A stretch of 64,000 nucleotides of DNA from Lama guanicoe (Eukaryota). Position numbers and translations under genes: made by a program. The notes below the pieces were generated by a model, which did not search any database, was not told where the DNA came from, and worked only from the letters and a program-made list of their open reading frames with translations. Positions 25,365 through 38,725 of this stretch are shown here, one piece after another; within the stretch, counting starts at the first letter, position 1; each line of letters starts with the position of its first letter. The stretch covers positions 2,310,283 to 2,374,282 of the forward strand of contig MU053561.1 of the NCBI GenBank assembly GCA_013239625.1, read 5' to 3'.

Positions 25365-26850
25365 AACTGTGTTCTCCAAAGTATGTAGCACACAAACTGT
25401 GATTTGGGCTTAAGTGGCTCTGGAGACGATTATCAGTTGTACCCAGACAGCGACATTAAATGACACTGAATCACACAATGAGAAAGTTATTCCCTTTCCA
25501 GTTCTCTCAGTCCTGCTGATTACTTCAAGGGAAAAGTTTCCATTTGGTCCTAGTACATTTATCATTTCCTAATCTCCCTTTTTATTTCCTTTTCTTTTTT
25601 CTATTTTCTTAATTTTTTAATTGAAGTATAGTTGATTTATGATGTTAATTTCTGGCGCACAGCATAGTGATTCAGTTATATATATTCATTTTCATACCTT
25701 TTTCATTATAGGTTATTACAAGATATTGAATATAGTTCCCTGTGCTGTATAGTAGGACCTTGTTGTTTGCCTATTTTACATATAATAGTTTGTATCTGCG
25801 AGTTCCAAACTCCTAGTTTATCCCTTCTGGTAACCGAAAAGGAAAAGTTTGTTTCCTATGTCCATGAGTCTGTTTCTATTTTGTAAATAAGTTCATTTGT
25901 ATCATATTTTAGATTCCACATATGTAATATCATAGGATATCTGTCTTTCTCTGTTTGACTTCACTTAATGTGATAATCTCTAGGTCCATCCATGTTGCTG
26001 CAGATGGCATTATTTCATTCTTTTTATGGCTGAGTAGTATTCCATTGTATAAATATACCACAACTTCTTTACCCAGTCATCTGTCAGTGCACACTTAGGT
26101 TGCTTCCGTGTCTTGGCTATTGTAAGTTGTGCTGCTGTGAACATTGGGGTGAATGTATCTTTTAGAATTAAGGTTCCCTCTGGATATATGCCCAGGAGTA
26201 GGATTGCTGGATCATATGGTAAATCTATTTTTAGTTTTTTAAGGAATCTCCACACTGTTTTTCATAGTGGCTGCACCAAATTGCATTCCCACCAACATTA
26301 TAGAAGGGTTCCCTTTTCTCCACACCCTCTCCAGCATTTATTGTATGTAGACTTTTTGATGATGGCCATTCTGACTGGTGTGAGGTGATACCTCATTGTA
26401 GTTTTGATTTGCACTTTTCTAATAATTAGTGATATTGAGCATCTTTTCACATGCCTGTTGGCCATTTGTATGTCTTCTTTGGAGAAATGTCTAGTTAGGT
26501 GTCCTGCCCATTTTTGGGTTGGGTTTTTTGTTCCAAATCTCCCTTTTTAAAAGAGAAAGTAGACCTCCAGCTGAGAGCTTGTAGCATGCAATAATATCTA
26601 GCTAGAGTTTTATATCATTGTTTTGGTTTTTATTAAATACTTGTTTTTATTGTTACCTCCTATTTATGGCAAGTGATACTGTTTTTTTTTTTACAATCAT
26701 GATATAAAGTTTCCTCTTTAAAAGAGTATATGGAAGTTTAAAGTGCATATCAGTTTAAAGAAAAACATTAAGTGAAGTAAGTACAAAGAAATGGCAAAAC
26801 TGTTGAGGCTGATAGCTTGGGAATGACTGAAGTTTGGGAGCTAATGGCCT
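25365..26850. mobile_element. hAT-Charlie-type MER DNA transposon split by an L1 insertion
   Basis: Termini ctgtgttctccaaagt ... aagtttgggagctaatg resemble Charlie-type inverted ends. The internal sequence resumes after the L1 TSD. Confidence 0.55.
25585..26530 (-). mobile_element. 5'-truncated LINE-1 (ORF2 C-terminus and 3' UTR) with 19-bp TSD
   Basis: ORF 26010..26255(-) [25 protein letters not shown]...[14 protein letters not shown] is the L1 ORF2 C-terminus. TSD TTCCTAATCTCCCTTTTTA (25566-25584) and TTCCAAATCTCCCTTTTTA (26531-26549). Confidence 0.93.
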
Positions 26851-29800
26851 ACAGTCTATCATCAACATTTGCTATTTTCTTATTGCTTTACGGCATTAAA
26901 TGTTAGTTTTCAAAGCATATTTGTTAATAACATCTAGGTCTAGACACAAGTCATTCTACTTTTGAATTTCTCCAACTGAAATGATACACAGATTATTTCA
27001 TGGTCTCTTTTAATTCCCTTCAGTCATGAGGTTTTGACAAGCCTCTTTTCAAATAGACACTGAAAATCACTGATGTTCTAGTAGGTCCAGAAGACATGAT
27101 GTCCAGAAGACAGTGGTCTGGTTTAATTAATCTACTCAGAGTGCTAAAATCTGTGCCTTCTTTTTTTTTTTAAACCCATCTTCCCTCTTCTGCCTTGAGG
27201 AAGAATACAAGCCATGAGACTTCAAGACTTTGACATTTATTAAGAATTCTTCAAGATGATCTCAGTAATCCCAAGCAAGGCAATCTTCGCAAACTGTTCC
27301 CTAAAGGGAAGGGGTCACGCTCCTCTCTTTTATGCTGTTTTCTCTGAAGGCCACTTAGTCCCATTTATAGAAAGAATAACTTTGGCCTCAGTAAATAACA
27401 TTCTCCTCAGCCTCTCTTTTCACCCAGCAGTGAAACTCTCTTGAGATTTCTAAGTTTATTCTTGGGGATCCAGCTGGAACATCCCTAAGAGTGGAGGCCT
27501 TTGGCTCCGCCTGAGTCTATCTCGGTAGACCTCAGTCTGCAGGGGGTGGGGGAGAACTTCCAGATCTCTATTCCAGCCTGCTGCCCAGCATGGAACCGGG
27601 GGAACAAACGGGAACAGAATCTCGTCCATGCAGCTGCTCCTTGTCCTACCTTCTCCTTTCGGGCACAGAGCACTGCCATCTACACCCACCTCTTCCTTGC
27701 CTCCAGAAAAATTCAAGCCTTACACTCACAGACCCAAAGTGGGTAGGGGTCAAACTTAGGTGGTATGCTAAAACCACCTAATCCTAATCCACCCAAGTCT
27801 TATAAAAGGAAGTGGGTTAGGTGTAGGGCATGGAGTGACTGAGAAGTACTAATTGCTCTGAGCCACTGTCCTGCACCATTTGACATCAAATCCCTCCTCG
27901 TTCCTTTTGCCTTCACTCTGACATCCCTGACTCTCTGCACGCCTGGTGACTTACGGCGAGGGGTAGGGCCAATTTATGTCTCAGCCGCTTTGTCATGTCT
28001 GACTGTCTGTGATGCTTTTACTTCAGGAACACTAAAGATGGGTTTTGTTTTTTTTTCTTGATCACAGCCTTTTTGGATGTAGCCTCGCTCCCCACACCGA
28101 TACCCCATTAAAAGGCAATTTTGTTTCACAATTTTCTGAGCACCACTCCCCACATTTTTTTCTTGGAAGACTGAGTCGTGACTGGCAAGGGGCGACCGGT
28201 AGGTCTTCTCAGAAGCCCTAGTTCCGAGGTCAGGATTCTGCCTTCCTGGTAGTTCAGTGGCTGCCCAGGCTGATTTGGGTGACCCTTTGCTTCTCGCCCC
28301 TAGTCTTGGCAGTTGGAAGAAATTAGGAGCCTGTTCTTAGACTGGCAGCTGGAGTTTTGATTGAAGTATTCTGTTCAAGGCAGCCCCAATAACTGCTTGT
28401 TCACAGAGAGCCTTCTTCATTACCATCATAGGGTCTCCAATTCTAATAAATACGCTTTTTTTTTCTTTTTTGGCTCACTGATGATATAGCAATTTTGTCT
28501 GTGTAATTCTACAGTTGATAACACTTCCAAACGCCTGCTCAAGAGGCCTCAAATATTAGGCCTTCTTACTGACATACCACATGACTTAGGATATGTCTGA
28601 CCTCAAACATCAAGCTTCTAAGGCTCGCCGTTAACCTTCTTCAATTTCCTAAATGAGGTAATGCTTATAAAGTGCTTTGCACAATGCCTGACACTTAGTA
28701 AGTAATCAGTAAATGTGAGCTATTGTCATGGTTGTATTTGGTGCTATTATTTTTCATTTCTAGTACTTCCCATTTTTGCGGTGTCTAAGTGGTTTTCCCC
28801 TAGCCAGAGTTTAATGTTTTTTTCCCCAAGTGCCATGGTAATACTCTTGAGGAACACACCATATTTGCCCGCAACCCCCATGGATTCCCCAACTGTCTGT
28901 CCCAGTATATGAGCTTCTGTCTGCTTGGCGGCAGGTGGCTTGCTTAGGTTTTCAATCCATTGGGCGATCTTTTATCCAAGGACTCTGGTCATGTCTGACA
29001 TTCATTGTCTGTCTTGATCCAGGAACAGGTTCAGTCTTTACAGAAATTCAAGGTAGAGAGGACAGGGCTGAAAGACTACTTTCCAATACTTATCTCTCCA
29101 AGGGATGCAAAATAATTAAGCTCTAGTTAAGCTGCATTTGCTTTCTCTTCCTTTCTGAAGAACTTGCCAAGCGCTTTATCCCTTTTCAGGATCATTAAAG
29201 AAGACTGTCAGGTGTTTTTAATTTCACCGTCTTTAGAACCCACTGGCACTCACACACAAGTTGAGAATCCACACCTATTTAGGACTTCTGCAACATCACT
29301 GCTATTCCCAAATAGCAACTGACTATAATTCTTAGAAGAAGTAATAGTCCTTGTGATATGTGCATACAGCAGTAGGATTCATACAAATCCTGGAAGGAAG
29401 CCTAAAATGTAACAATATTCAGACTTCATCAAACTGTGAGAACTCCTGGGCATTTACACCCAAACTGCAGTGACTCAGAGCCCACTGTTCCTGCCCTCAC
29501 CCCATCTCCTGGCTGATTTGCTCTAAGTCCAGTCTTTCCTGGGTTTTACTCTTTAATAGTTTCCCTTTATTCCTGTGAGTGTTTGCACACATCCTCCCTG
29601 GCTTACTCAGGAAGCTGGTACTCGGACACTGCCCATCTTGATAATGTGCTTGGAGACAGAGAATCTCTCTCCTTCATCCTCTTATTCAGGGTTCCGGGTG
29701 TGATGATCCACCTTACTCTCACCGTCTCCTCTTCATCTTGTGTCTCATTCTCAGGGTTCAGTGACAGCTCCATCATCTTTTTTGGAAGTGGAAAGGAGTG

Positions 29801-30809
29801 TATTCTCTCAGCCAGCTCCCCAGGGTCAGACTCAGTTAAGGGGACCCCACCACAAAGCTGCCTAGGCCACAAAGTATTGTTGCTCTTCTGATCATGCTGT
29901 TCTTCAAACCCTCTTACACACACATCACAAACACTGAGGTGTTGTCACGAAACAAAAATGACTAGACTGTTATGAGTCAGTGGCCTTCCTAGATACCTAT
30001 TTCCTACATTGTAAATCTTCAGCATTATTCAAAAAGTCTCATTAGAAAATAATAACTTTGGAGAATAAAATCACAGCTATACTAAAAAAAAGTCTACTGC
30101 TCAGCCCCTGTAAGCTCAGGTCTGTCATGCTTAAGAAACAGCTTAATAGAGGATACGCACTTTACAAATACAAATGGGACACACACGGAAATTCCTCTAT
30201 AGACCTCTGACCCAGTTCCTAATATTTTCAAAATTGATCAATTTTACCATTTTGCTAAGGGAAGTCACATAGATTCAGTCACAGCTTCCCTTCAACAAAG
30301 TATCTTTTAAAAATAGCAAAGTAGTAGCTTGTGCCGAAAATCCATTTCCACAAGGAATCAAACAGATTTCACCTGCCTTTTCATTCTTGCTTTTCTTCCC
30401 TCTTCTATGACTGAGACCCACCTTCATGGAGGAGTGGCAGGGAGCCCTAGGGATCTGGTCACTCAGATCCATCAAGTCAGCCTTGACTGTCAAACAGGCC
30501 ACATGTTTCACCTTCACATTCATTCCTTCCATTTTTGAAGCCTCAGATAGCACATCACGTGTTTTCCTGCATTAAAATCTCCCTAGTAGTAAATTGTGAA
30601 TTAGTTGTAACTTGAGACTGGGAGGAAACAAATAGTGCAGGATACAGAATACTGACTCCAGTCCTGGTTTTGACTGGCTGTCTACTGTCACTTGAGGTTG
30701 TCAAGCAAGACTGATATTTAGAAGGCATGCCAGGCCGTGCAGGCCTGCGTTACTAGCAGGTTTTAGCTCCAAATGCCAATGTAATTCTTTGGTGAGGTCT
30801 GTGTTTCTA

Positions 30810-31110
30810 AGGGACTGATGTTTGCTATATAAAACTCTAATTTTTATGTAATCAAATTTATTGGTTGTTTCCTTTATAACTTCTGGATTTTGTGTTATGT
30901 TTTAAACAATCTTGCTCATTCTAGCATTACAAAAATATGCATCCATGTGTCCTTACATGATGCCTGTGATTTCATGTTTTACATGTAAATCTTTGATCCA
31001 TCTGGAACTTACTTTGATAAAAGAAGTAAGATAAGGACCCAGTTTTACTTCGTGCCCCCCCAAATGGCAAATCAGTAAATCCAATTACCATTTATTGAAT
31101 AATCTACCCT
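30810..31110 (-). mobile_element. Old L1 ORF2 fragment
   Basis: ttttacatgtaaatctttgatccatctggaa ... caattaccatttattgaataatc. Confidence 0.65.
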
Positions 31111-31949
31111 TTAAAGAAGTCCTTTAAATTGCAAACTTCTCTACATACATTTTAATATGATTCAACGTATACAAGCCCTATATATGCGTTTATAAAAGTT
31201 CGATTTAAAACATGATGTCAGAAACAGCTATGTGCTTGTGGACGGTTGTTTAAATGCCCCCCTCCCCGGTTCTGTATCTCCACCTACAAAAAGGAAGACA
31301 ACACTATTTTGCAATGTTCTTGTGAAGATGTCAGATGTAGAGAATGTAGATGCCTCTACTGTAATAACTGTTGAGTTTCTTTCTGTTCATTTTTCTGTAA
31401 TAAAGCGGTCGGGGCCCCCTTGGAACAAGGATCCAACTTGAGTGTAAGACTGAGTTTCTCTATTTACTTCCTGAGCATGTAGAGATGGCAAAGGGGATCA
31501 TGCCTTTTTCAACAGTGACACATAATTGTTTTCCTCTCTGATCAGTGCCTACAGAGGTGCCTTGTTTAAACCTCTTAAGGTGCCAAACTTCTCCTTTTTG
31601 GTTCCTAAAATATTTCAGCAAAGCATAGTACGAGGGGCAAGTGGTGCCACACAGATCTGAGTGTGATTCCAGGTCTGCCATCTACCAATTGCGTGGCCAT
31701 TCTTGAGGAATAATTTAAAGGGGAAGAACAATATTCCCTGTGTTGTAGAGTCATGGGAGGACACATAAGAATCCTTATGGAATGCAAGTTCTCCAGGAGG
31801 ACAAGAACTTTGTCTTGTTAACCACAATATCCCCAGTGCTAGGATAGTGCCTGGTGTGAAATTACCACTTATTACATCAATACTAAAGTAAGGAAGGAGT
31901 TAGAGCACTTAGCAAGGTGCCAAAGTAAGTGAGCTACAACTGTTATCCA

Positions 31950-32780
31950 TAGGCAGAGGTCAGAGGTAAGGAAAATGTGGACCTGCTTTCAGGGGCTAGA
32001 ATCTGGATCTGAACACTAAGGTAAACAGCACATACACTGAGGCTTAATGAAATGCGTCGTGTTAAGTGCAAGCAAAGTGCTTTATAGACAAACGGGAAGT
32101 AACAAATTTCAACTGGAGGATTAGGGAAATATTCATGAGAGAGGGCTATGGTTAAGCTGGGCCTGGAAAGAGAATAGATTTTTTTTTTAAAGAGAGATGA
32201 TCTTCTAGGCTGGGGGAAAAATACAAAATGCTGCGAGTATTTGGCATATTCCAGGACTGGAGCTTAGTATGAGTGATGAGTGCACAAGTCAGGTAGAAGA
32301 AGGCATGTCTGGCAGATCAATCACGGTATCATGGTGGCCCTGAGTGTTCTGCTGTGGTGTTTAAGACAGTGCACAAGCTTGAAGGTTTTTGAGTTGCCGA
32401 GTCATAGGAACAGGCTCAGATTATTATTAATGTTATGTTTTACTTATTTATTATTTGTATCTATTATTCAGAAAGCAGCGCAAAAGATGAATTAGAAGGG
32501 GTAAGCATTTGAAAGCTGTTGTAATAGCTCAGGGGGAAAGTCCTGACAGTCTCAACTAAAGAGTGGCAGAGGAAAGGGGGAGGAGGAAGGCACACAAAGT
32601 GAGAGGGGATGCAGGGTCAGAGAGTTGAGAGTCTGTTCGGCAATTAGGTGATGTTGTTTCCTGAGGTTGGGAATACATGAGGACAGACTGGGTCAGTTTA
32701 CTCTGGGAAGTGTTGAATTTCAGGATGTCTTTTGGACACTTAGTTGGAAATAGGCCAGTGATGCCCAAGAAGATGTCAGA
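31950..32780 (-). mobile_element. L2 remnant
   Basis: Purine-rich L2 antisense motifs (gtgttgaatttcaggatgtctttggacacttagttggaaat). Confidence 0.55.
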
Positions 32781-34424
32781 ACAGGAGCAGTGGAGATGTG
32801 TCAGCATTCCTCCATCATTAATGAGACGATCAAAGTTGCTTTTCTAAGATGTTTACAGTCAACATAAAATACAGAAATGGAAGTATCTCAGATCAATGGG
32901 GAAGGATAAATTATTCAATATATCATCTTGGTGAAATTGGCCGGCTATTCGGCCAAAACAAATGTGGCACTCCTTCTCACACTGTACTCAAAAATAAATC
33001 CTAGATGATGTAAATGTGGAATTGAAAATACAAAAGGTTAGAAAAATATTTAGGTAAGGAATATATATATTCATATACACACATGTGTATATGAATGTAG
33101 GCATATATGTAGACATAGATATACATAAACATATTTATATCTAAATTGATTTCCATATGTATATGTATTTATTGAAAGCTGTGGGCTTACACTGATACCT
33201 CCAATATGAATTCAGCATCACAGTGTTCATTCTAATTTGCTACTTTTCCTTATTTCTAGCTGTCTTTTATGACCATGAGAAACTTGGCTCTCATAATTTT
33301 TAATATATTTGTTTATTCAGTCAACTTCCCCATAAGTTGGCTGCCCCCTTCTCTGACATCCTACTTGGGCTGACAACCCACAACAGGCCACTCATCTGAA
33401 TTAATGTCTATCTTGCTTTGCCTCATATAATGGCTTTAAGACTGACTTATTCAGAAAGGGGAAGGGAAGAGTAAGAGGAAAAAGAAGGAAAAGAGGAGGC
33501 CCGTCTAGTCTTTGTTTATTGAGTGTGCATCACTGGGGCCCACCTTTGCTGTCTGGGTTCTCTAAGGTGGCTCACAGCACCCCTGTGTGACCTGGCATAA
33601 CCCAGTCAGCCCAACCATGGTCTTTTTTTGTTGTTATTGTTTTTTAGAACACATATCCAAGTGGTCTTTTTTGAATGGGAAACTTACCTTAGAGTGAGGA
33701 ATTTAATTATCAGTGTGCTGTTCATTGGTTTAAAACAGAAAATAAATACTCCAAAATGCATATATATATATGTATATATATATCCATTAAGCACAGAAAG
33801 TATTTGATGAATAGTAGTTGAATGAAATGGAATCATATACATAATATATACTATATCTATATATGGGTCACAGTCTCATTGGGGAAATTAAACACAGAGA
33901 CTTAAAGCAGACAAATACAATTTTAAAGTAAGCAGTTCAACACAATATTGATGCAAGCTGGTGTCAGATCACTGATTCTCATGGAGCCAAATTGATGAAG
34001 ACATAATTTCTGCCAGCCTGTCTTATCTGGGGCTGCCACTGACAGCCTCAGAGAGCAGGTTGAAGACTCACTCTTAGTAAAAGGGAGACAGCCTAGACGA
34101 GCAAGTTTTCTTTCCAAGGACATTTTATCGTTAACTGCTTCTTCTTGCCAACTAAATAAAAATTGCTACCACCCTGTACTGGGCAGAGCAAACGACTGTC
34201 TCAAAATCCTAATGGATCATTGCTCCACAGAGTGGGTCTGTGATCCTGGGGCCTCTACCACTGAGACTCCAAATGAGAGCTTCTCCAGGAAAAATGGCAT
34301 GGGGACTCTGACATCCTCTCCTTTGGTTTTGTTGTATAAGTGATGCAAGTTCTTTTTTAAGAAATTACACACTTCCAGAAATTTCTTTCTTTGCATTTGT
34401 ATGATCTCAGGTAGGTTATGTGAT

Positions 34425-34570
34425 TAATTGCTGTGTGTCAGTTTCCTCATCTGTAAAATGAAGATGATAATATTATGATTTACCTCCTAGAGTGACCGAG
34501 GGCAAAACATGAGTGAATATAAATGAAGTGCTTCGAATAGTGATCGTGCATGGTGCGATCTAAGAACGTA
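34425..34570 (+). mobile_element. MIR SINE
   Basis: tcagtttcctcatctgtaaaatgaagatgataat. Confidence 0.8.
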
Positions 34571-36118
34571 TGGTGACCGATATTTATCTAGCATTTATCT
34601 ACCTAGATCCAGCTGTGTATATATTTTTAAGTGGGAAGAAAGTATTCATATCTCTTTGTAGTAGCCTGCTTTTTTCATTTAATGATATAATGTGAACTTC
34701 TCCCCTTGTATGGCAGTTTTAAAAGTGCAGAAAGAGACCATTAAATCTTTCAAGTGATTTTTCAAAAGTGAAAAGTAGTGTGGGGAGTGGGCCCTGGTCC
34801 TGCATAGGAATTAGTTCAAGGTGATGAGCTAGTTTAAGGAGAGGTCTGGAGCTAATACTTTTTGGAACCAGAAGGTTGGTTGGGATGCTGCTTGTATGTC
34901 ATCTCAGGGTCAAAGCTGAGCACAACTTTGAGCTCCACCAGCTCAAGAGTTTTCAAACATTTTGTTGTTAAAACAGTAAAGCCGTGCTTTCTCCCAACAA
35001 ACTCTTAGGTGGGACTCTATTCAGTAAAGTAAAACAATTTTAAAACATCAGAGTAAAATGGTAAGTTCAAGTGTACAATATTTGCTTATTATAAGGCTTA
35101 TCAATAAGATCACTAAGACTACTTGATGAAGAAAGATTGGAACTCCAACGATATGGGTGATAATCCCACTTTTATGTCAGCGTCAGCTTCCGTGAGATGA
35201 GATAAAGCCTCTGTGAAGTCCTGTAGCCCCACTGCCATAGAATGAAGTAGCAGAACTGAAAGTTTCAACACCCTTATTTTACAGATAAAGAAATGAAGGC
35301 TCAGAGGTACTGTGTGCTGCTTGGGCTTTTAACATAAGAAGTCCCAACCATAAAAACAATCCGATAACAGGACAAAAATTAGCATTTCATTGAAGAAAGA
35401 ATCTAGAGTGGTTAAATGTATTCTCCCCCAAATACAGTTCTTTTCCATTTAAATGATTGCCATATAGTTCTCCAATTAATAAAAATGGAAACGGTCAATT
35501 AACTAGCAGCTGTTCTTTGTTGTTCTGCATTATCCTCCTAGCTTGTAAGCCCTGAATTGTGCTGACTGTGTAATTTGTATTTTATTCTATTAGTAGATAT
35601 AAAGATTTACTGATTATCTCTAATAAGTAAATTATGCCTTTCAACGTATGAATCAGCATCCCATTTTCTACCTATCAGCTCTTCTTGTCTTTTAAATATT
35701 CATTCCATTATCTATAATTTCAGTTGTTGCCTCACCATGAGGCTTGCCTATGAACCTCAGGAAACCACTGTTGACAATTTCCTTCATTAATTAAACAACG
35801 ACAAGCTTCACTGACGGAAACTTGAAAAGTTGATTCGACATTTTCCCTGCCACTTCCTGCTTACACCCTGGACATTTGACACACACGCCTTAGTGCAGTT
35901 ACTGCTATTCCACCCTGTTTATCTGAGGACCGACAACTCCCTGACCTCTGTGTGGGGCACAGTCCTGCAGAACTTTATGTATGTTTCATTTTTTAAAAAA
36001 AATTAAAAAGGAAAAAAAAGTTTTCACAAATGATCCAAAGTCAAGTTTTTAAAAATTACATTGTGAAACATTATACATGCAAAAAAGATATATAAGATAT
36101 TTACAGAAAAGGAAAGTC

Positions 36119-36281
36119 GGTGGGGGAGGGTATAGCTCAAATGGTAGAGCTCATGCTTAGCATGCATGAGGTCTTGGGTTCAATCCCCAGTACCTCTGCT
36201 AAAAATAAGTAAACCTAATTACCTCCTCCCTCCACCAAAAAAAAAAAAAAAAAATTAAATTTTACTTTCTAAAAAAAAAAA
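36119..36281 (+). mobile_element. tRNA-derived SINE (camelid vic-1-like) with 12-bp TSD
   Basis: ggggagggtatagctcaaatggtagagc (A box) ... gggttcaatcccc (B box) and an A-rich tail. TSD AAAAGGAAAGTC at 36107-36118 and 36282-36293. Confidence 0.9.
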
Positions 36282-37419
36282 AAAAGGAAAGTCATTTGTT
36301 CTTTTAAAAATTAATGGTATTGTCAAATCATACTTGCTTATTGTAGACAGTTTAGAAAATGTTTTAAAAGTATAAAAACATCTAATAGCATGAATGAAAA
36401 TCACCCATAAATAAGTTTACCCTTTGTTGCTTTTCCTCTATCTCTGTATCTCTATCTCCACAGCTATAGATATAAATATACATATACCAAACATACGTAT
36501 ATATTTAAATTTTTTGTGTCCTTGATTTTCACTCAACAATAGAGCATGATTATTTCCCCATGCATTAAATGTTTTAAGCAATCATGATTTTTTAAAGGCA
36601 TCTTTTTTTCTTCTCCCTCTTTTTTTGACCATTGGCTTTTCTTACAAGAGTTTTCTTATTATGGATAAGACTGTGGTGAAGAATTTTAGGTATAAATATT
36701 TATCTTCATCTCTGAGTTTTTCCTTTGAGTTAAGGTCATATCTTCTCACGTCAGATTTTGTGAACTGATTGATTATTTCCTTGGTAATGGCTGCTAAATG
36801 TATTCTTGTCAGTATATAAATGATTCTGATGTTAAAGTTCCTGGAGAAATTGTTATAGGCTCATGTTAATAACACTGGTGTATTCTGGTTCCTGCTGTTA
36901 GTTGGTTTACTAAGCTTTAGTTCCTGTAAATCTTTTGGCTTCTGGAAGTTTCTTTTGGACTTAATTCTACTCATATGATGATAAATATGTAAATAAAACA
37001 GACTGAGATCTGATGGATGTCCAAGGTTAACAGGAAGACTCGGATCCAGCAAAGGAGAGATGAGGGAGGTAGGCAGAGAGGTAGGAGGAAACGTAACATC
37101 AAGTTACAGAACTTGAAATTCTGTGAGAAAAGAGAAAAATCAAGTGAGTTGTTGGGCAATGGTTCCAAAGGCAGCAGGAAGATCAGGATGAAATGAGTCA
37201 AAGAGACATTATTAGATCTGGTCAGAAAGTGAGCATCATTTACTCCTGAGCAGTTAAAGTGAAACAGAAAAGAGGATAGATGACAAGGGGTTGGGGGGGA
37301 TTACGTCAAGGAAACTGAGTTAACACCACAGAAAGCCTGAACCTCTTTTCTTGCCCCCAAGTTTACCCTGCTGGTCAGAGTAACATGGTACCTGCAATTT
37401 CATCTGCTTTCTCATTACA

Positions 37420-37990
37420 CGGGTGTTTGTTTAGCCTTCTTCTGTTTGAGGCACTGTGCTAGGGCAGGGGCAGAGCAGACAGTAAGACAGACATGGCTCC
37501 TGCTCTGATTAAGCAGATTCTAACAGAGAAAGACAGTCAATTAACAAGGAAATAAATCATCAGTGAAAAAGAAAATGTGACATAGTGGTAGGTGTAAGTG
37601 AAATAAGACAGAATAGAGAGATTTAGAGAGAAATTACTTAGGATTGGGGCAAAATCTCACTTACCTATGATAGTTAAGGAAATTCCTTCTGAAAGGTGGT
37701 GTTTGAGATGAGGTCTCGGAAGGAGCCAGCCAGAGGGGATGAGCATTTCTGGCCGAAAGAACAGCAATTACAAGTCTGGGAGATGAGAATGAACTTGAAT
37801 TCCTCTAGAAACAGAAAGAGAAGAAAGCCTGTGTGACTGGAGTGGAGTAAATGAAGAAGGAGCTGGGGCAGCTGGGCAATGATAGGGAAGGTGATTAGAG
37901 ACACAGGTGTAGGCGGGAGCCAGATCTTATTGGGCCTTACAGGATTTTGGGTTTTGTCCTAAGTGCTGTGGGAAATCAACTTTGACAGAG
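37420..37990 (-). mobile_element. L2 remnant
   Basis: ggcactgtgctagggc...agacagacatggctcctgctct; aagaaagcctgtgtgactggagtggagt; ttttgtcctaagtgctgtgggaa. Confidence 0.7.
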
Positions 37991-38099
37991 AGATAATCCT
38001 CATGTCATATGATTTTGTCCTTGCCCCATGTAGCTTAAGTGCCTCCTTTAAGTACTCTAAAGATCCAGAGTGCTAATACTTCTGAAAATAAGATTAGCA

Positions 38100-38725
38100 G
38101 GTAAAGGAGATATCTTCTTGTTTGGTCCTCTTAACTAACCATTCCCGTTTCTTCTGGTAACTGTAGCCACTTGACCTGCCGCAAACCAGGTGAGTCTACT
38201 ACACAGAACCTCACTCTCTCTGGCCTCAGGTAGGCACACATCACATGGCTGTAACCAATCAGTGTCCCATTCCTCTGGCCAGAGTGGCCCAGACACGGGT
38301 ATATGACTTAAGCCAGGACTATCACAGTTGTTCCTCAGAATAGAATTAGACGCTGGATGGGAAAAGCTGTCTCCATCCTCTGGGGTCCCCAAGCAGGGAT
38401 GCTCAAGCTTGACAATATCTGTGACCCTTTCTTCCCTTCCCCCCTCTGGATTTCTCCTGCTCCTACCTCCTCTGCATAGAGGACCCGCCCCCCATCCCCC
38501 ATGTACCTGGAAAGAATTAGGTGAACACCCAGAATAAAGCTGAAAATGGAGAGGGAGAAAAAGATCTGGAGCTGGCAACTGGCAGCACTTCCCAACTCCA
38601 GGGATCCCAGAGGCCAGTTCCTTCCTGGACTTCCTGGCTAGAGGGTCTGATCAAATAAATGTCCCTTTTTGCTCAAGGCAGTTTGAATTCGGTTTCTGTA
38701 GCTGGCAATCCAAAGAATTCTTGCG
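38100..38725 (+). mobile_element. Old ERVL/MaLR-type LTR remnant
   Basis: The 3' end aataaatgtccctttttgctcaaggcagtttgaattcggtttctgtagctggcaatccaaaga is typical of MLT1/LTR16/LTR33-type termini. Confidence 0.6.

Noticed and set aside
26010..26388. Protein-coding ORFs here and at 539-788
   Set aside because: They are fragments of degenerate L1 ORF2 or its antisense frame.
36119..36200. tRNA genes (also near 43781 and 57510-57587)
   Set aside because: They have A and B boxes but are followed by a SINE linker and A-rich tail, with TSDs visible for two of the three copies. These are SINE heads, not tRNA genes.
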